Positions 62,334 to 64,000 of a stretch of 64,000 bases of DNA are shown here, in pieces. The number at the start of each line of letters is the position of its first letter. The first letter of the stretch is position 1. Below the pieces are notes generated by a model. It searched no databases, was not told where the DNA came from, and saw nothing but the letters and a program-made list of their open reading frames with translations. This stretch comes from Diadema antillarum (Eukaryota), in NCBI RefSeq assembly GCF_040938485.1, contig NW_027270961.1, positions 3,782,001-3,846,000 on the forward strand. The letters are read 5' to 3'. Made by a program: the position numbers and the translations under genes.

Positions 62334-63760
62334 TTTTGGTGAGCGAGCGCAGCGAGCGAGCCGAAAATTTTTGTATTTCAGCTGACAAAACATGGAATTC
62401 TTGTCATTTTTTGCTTATCAAATCTTACAATAACTAATCAAGATAGTGACGGCCTTATAGATAACGATTTATCTATACCAAGAAACTGAGTACTTTAAAA
62501 AATATTCTAAATTAGGGGGGCATTTCATGAAGCATTTTGTCCGACAACTTGTCGGACAAAATTTGCTTTCAGCCAATCAGAAGCAAGGATTTCAGTAGCT
62601 TTTAACAGTTTGTCAGACGAGATATCTGACAAATTGCTTCATGAAATGCCCCCATGTACGCGCGATGAGCCGAAATTTGTACATCTCCGCGTCATCATTA
62701 CGTTTTGTTCTTATCTCCTTTTTGTTTTGATAAATTTTGGCGAGCGAGCGCAGCGAGCGAGCCGAAAATTTTTGTATTTCAGCTTATAAAACATGGACCT
62801 CTTGTCAGTTTTTGCTTATCAAATCTTACAATTCTAATCAAAATATAGTGACGGCCTTATAGATAACGTTTTTTACCAACAAACTGAAGACTTGAAAAAA
62901 TACTCTAAATTAGTACGAGCGAGTGAGCCGAAATTTGTATATTTCCGCGTCATCATCACGTTTTGTTCTTATCTCCATTTTGTTTTGATAAATTTTGGCG
63001 AGCGAGCGCAGCCAGCGAGCCAAAAATTTTTGTATTTCAGCTTACAAAACATGGAACTCTTGTCAGTTTTTGCTTATCAAATCTTACAATTCTAATCAAG
63101 ATATAGTGACGGCCTTATAGATAACGATTTTTACCAACAAACTGAAGACTTGAAAAAATACTCCAAATTAGTACGAGCGAGTGAGCCGAAATTTGTATAT
63201 TTCCGCGTCATCATCACGTTTTGTTCTTATCTCCTTTTTGTTTTGATAAATTTTGGCGAGCGAGCGCAGCGAGCGAGCCGAAAATTTTTGTATTTCAGCT
63301 TACAAAACATGGAACTCTTGTCATTTTTTGCTTATCAAATCTTACAATTCTAATCAAGATATAGTGACGGCCTTATAGATAACGATTTTTGCCAACAAAC
63401 TGAGGACTTGAAGAAATACTCTAAATTAGTACGAGCGATTGAGCCGAAATTTGTATATTTCCACGTCATCATTACGTTTTGTTCTTATCTTGTTTGATTT
63501 TTTTGGCGCCTCCCCCCCCCCCCCCCCCCGTGTTTTTGAAACCGTTGGCGCCTTCTTTTGATCCAATTGGCGATCGCTTCAGAACGAAAGAAATTGCAGC
63601 CGCTGCTCCGTGAAACATTTTGCCTGCTAAACATAAAATGACATGTTTGAACACAATAGACATTGTCATTTTGTCCGCGCCATCATCACATTTTGTTCTC
63701 ACCTTCTTCTATCTAAAATTTAGAGAGCGAGCGCAGCGAGCGAGCCGAAAATTGTTGTAT
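62334..63760 (+). repeat. 258-bp tandem array, possibly inside a cagtggcgta-type element starting at 62133
   Basis: Unit start ttttgg(c/t)gagcgagcgcagc at 62334, 62735, 62993, 63251, with a partial copy near 63722; duplicate ORFs at 62892 and 63150 are 258 bp apart. Confidence 0.9.
62515..62653. mobile_element. ~140-bp palindromic MITE nested in the first 258-bp unit
   Basis: Near-identical to 39744..39886; lengthens the first repeat period from 258 to 401 bp. Confidence 0.85.
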
Positions 63761-63909
63761 TTCAGCTTACATAACATGGAATTCTTGTGTGAACACAATA
63801 AACATTGTCATTTTGTCCGAGTCATCATTATGTTTTGCTTTTATCTTTTTTGATTTGGTTTTCTGCCCCCCCCCCCCCACCATTCTTCCTCCCCCCCTTC
63901 CGGTGAGTT

Positions 63910-64000
63910 GTTTCTTCTTCTTCTTCTTCTTCTTCTTCTTCTTCTTCTTTTCTTTTTTCCCCCCTTTTTTCTTCTTCTTTTTCTTTTTCTTCTTTTTTTT
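63910..64000. repeat. (CTT)n and pyrimidine-rich simple repeat
   Basis: About 11 CTT units, then T/C-rich sequence to the window end. Confidence 0.9.

Noticed and set aside
62892-63353. Two near-identical 67-aa ORFs
   Set aside because: Simply reflect the 258-bp tandem unit.

Overview
Eukaryotic, intron-rich, AT-rich animal genomic DNA. The repeat and gene style suggest an echinoderm or similar marine deuterostome; this is inference and was not tested. I reconstructed three minus-strand multi-exon genes by hand from GT-AG sites and reading phase. (1) 15..19595: the 5' part of a large secreted or membrane protein with a signal peptide and six divergent CUB-like domains alternating with LDL-receptor class A (LDLa) repeats. 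It has 18 coding exons, at least ~1,175 aa, and continues off the left edge. (2) 31538..46447: ECI2 (ACBP domain + crotonase-fold enoyl-CoA delta-isomerase, C-terminal PTS1 'AKL'). Nine exons were found; the first coding exon was not confidently located. (3) 50798..53585: a divergent 4-exon caveolin of 238 aa. The rest is intron or intergenic DNA rich in non-autonomous elements: TTAA-flanked AGG...CCT (Kolobok/T2-type) MITEs, a TA-flanked pogo/Tc1-type MITE, Helentron-type (HINE/pearl-like) elements with internal tandem repeats, an RTE LINE 3' end, tRNA-derived SINEs, a 258-bp tandem array, microsatellites and a 171-nt N gap. No CRISPR array, rRNA or genuine tRNA was seen. The most interesting points are a broken splice acceptor (CAG>CAA) in an LDLa exon, the possible same-strand nesting of caveolin in ECI2 intron 1, the unusual caveolin sequence, an orphan plus-strand terminal-exon-like segment, and a stack of three MITEs sharing TTAA sites.
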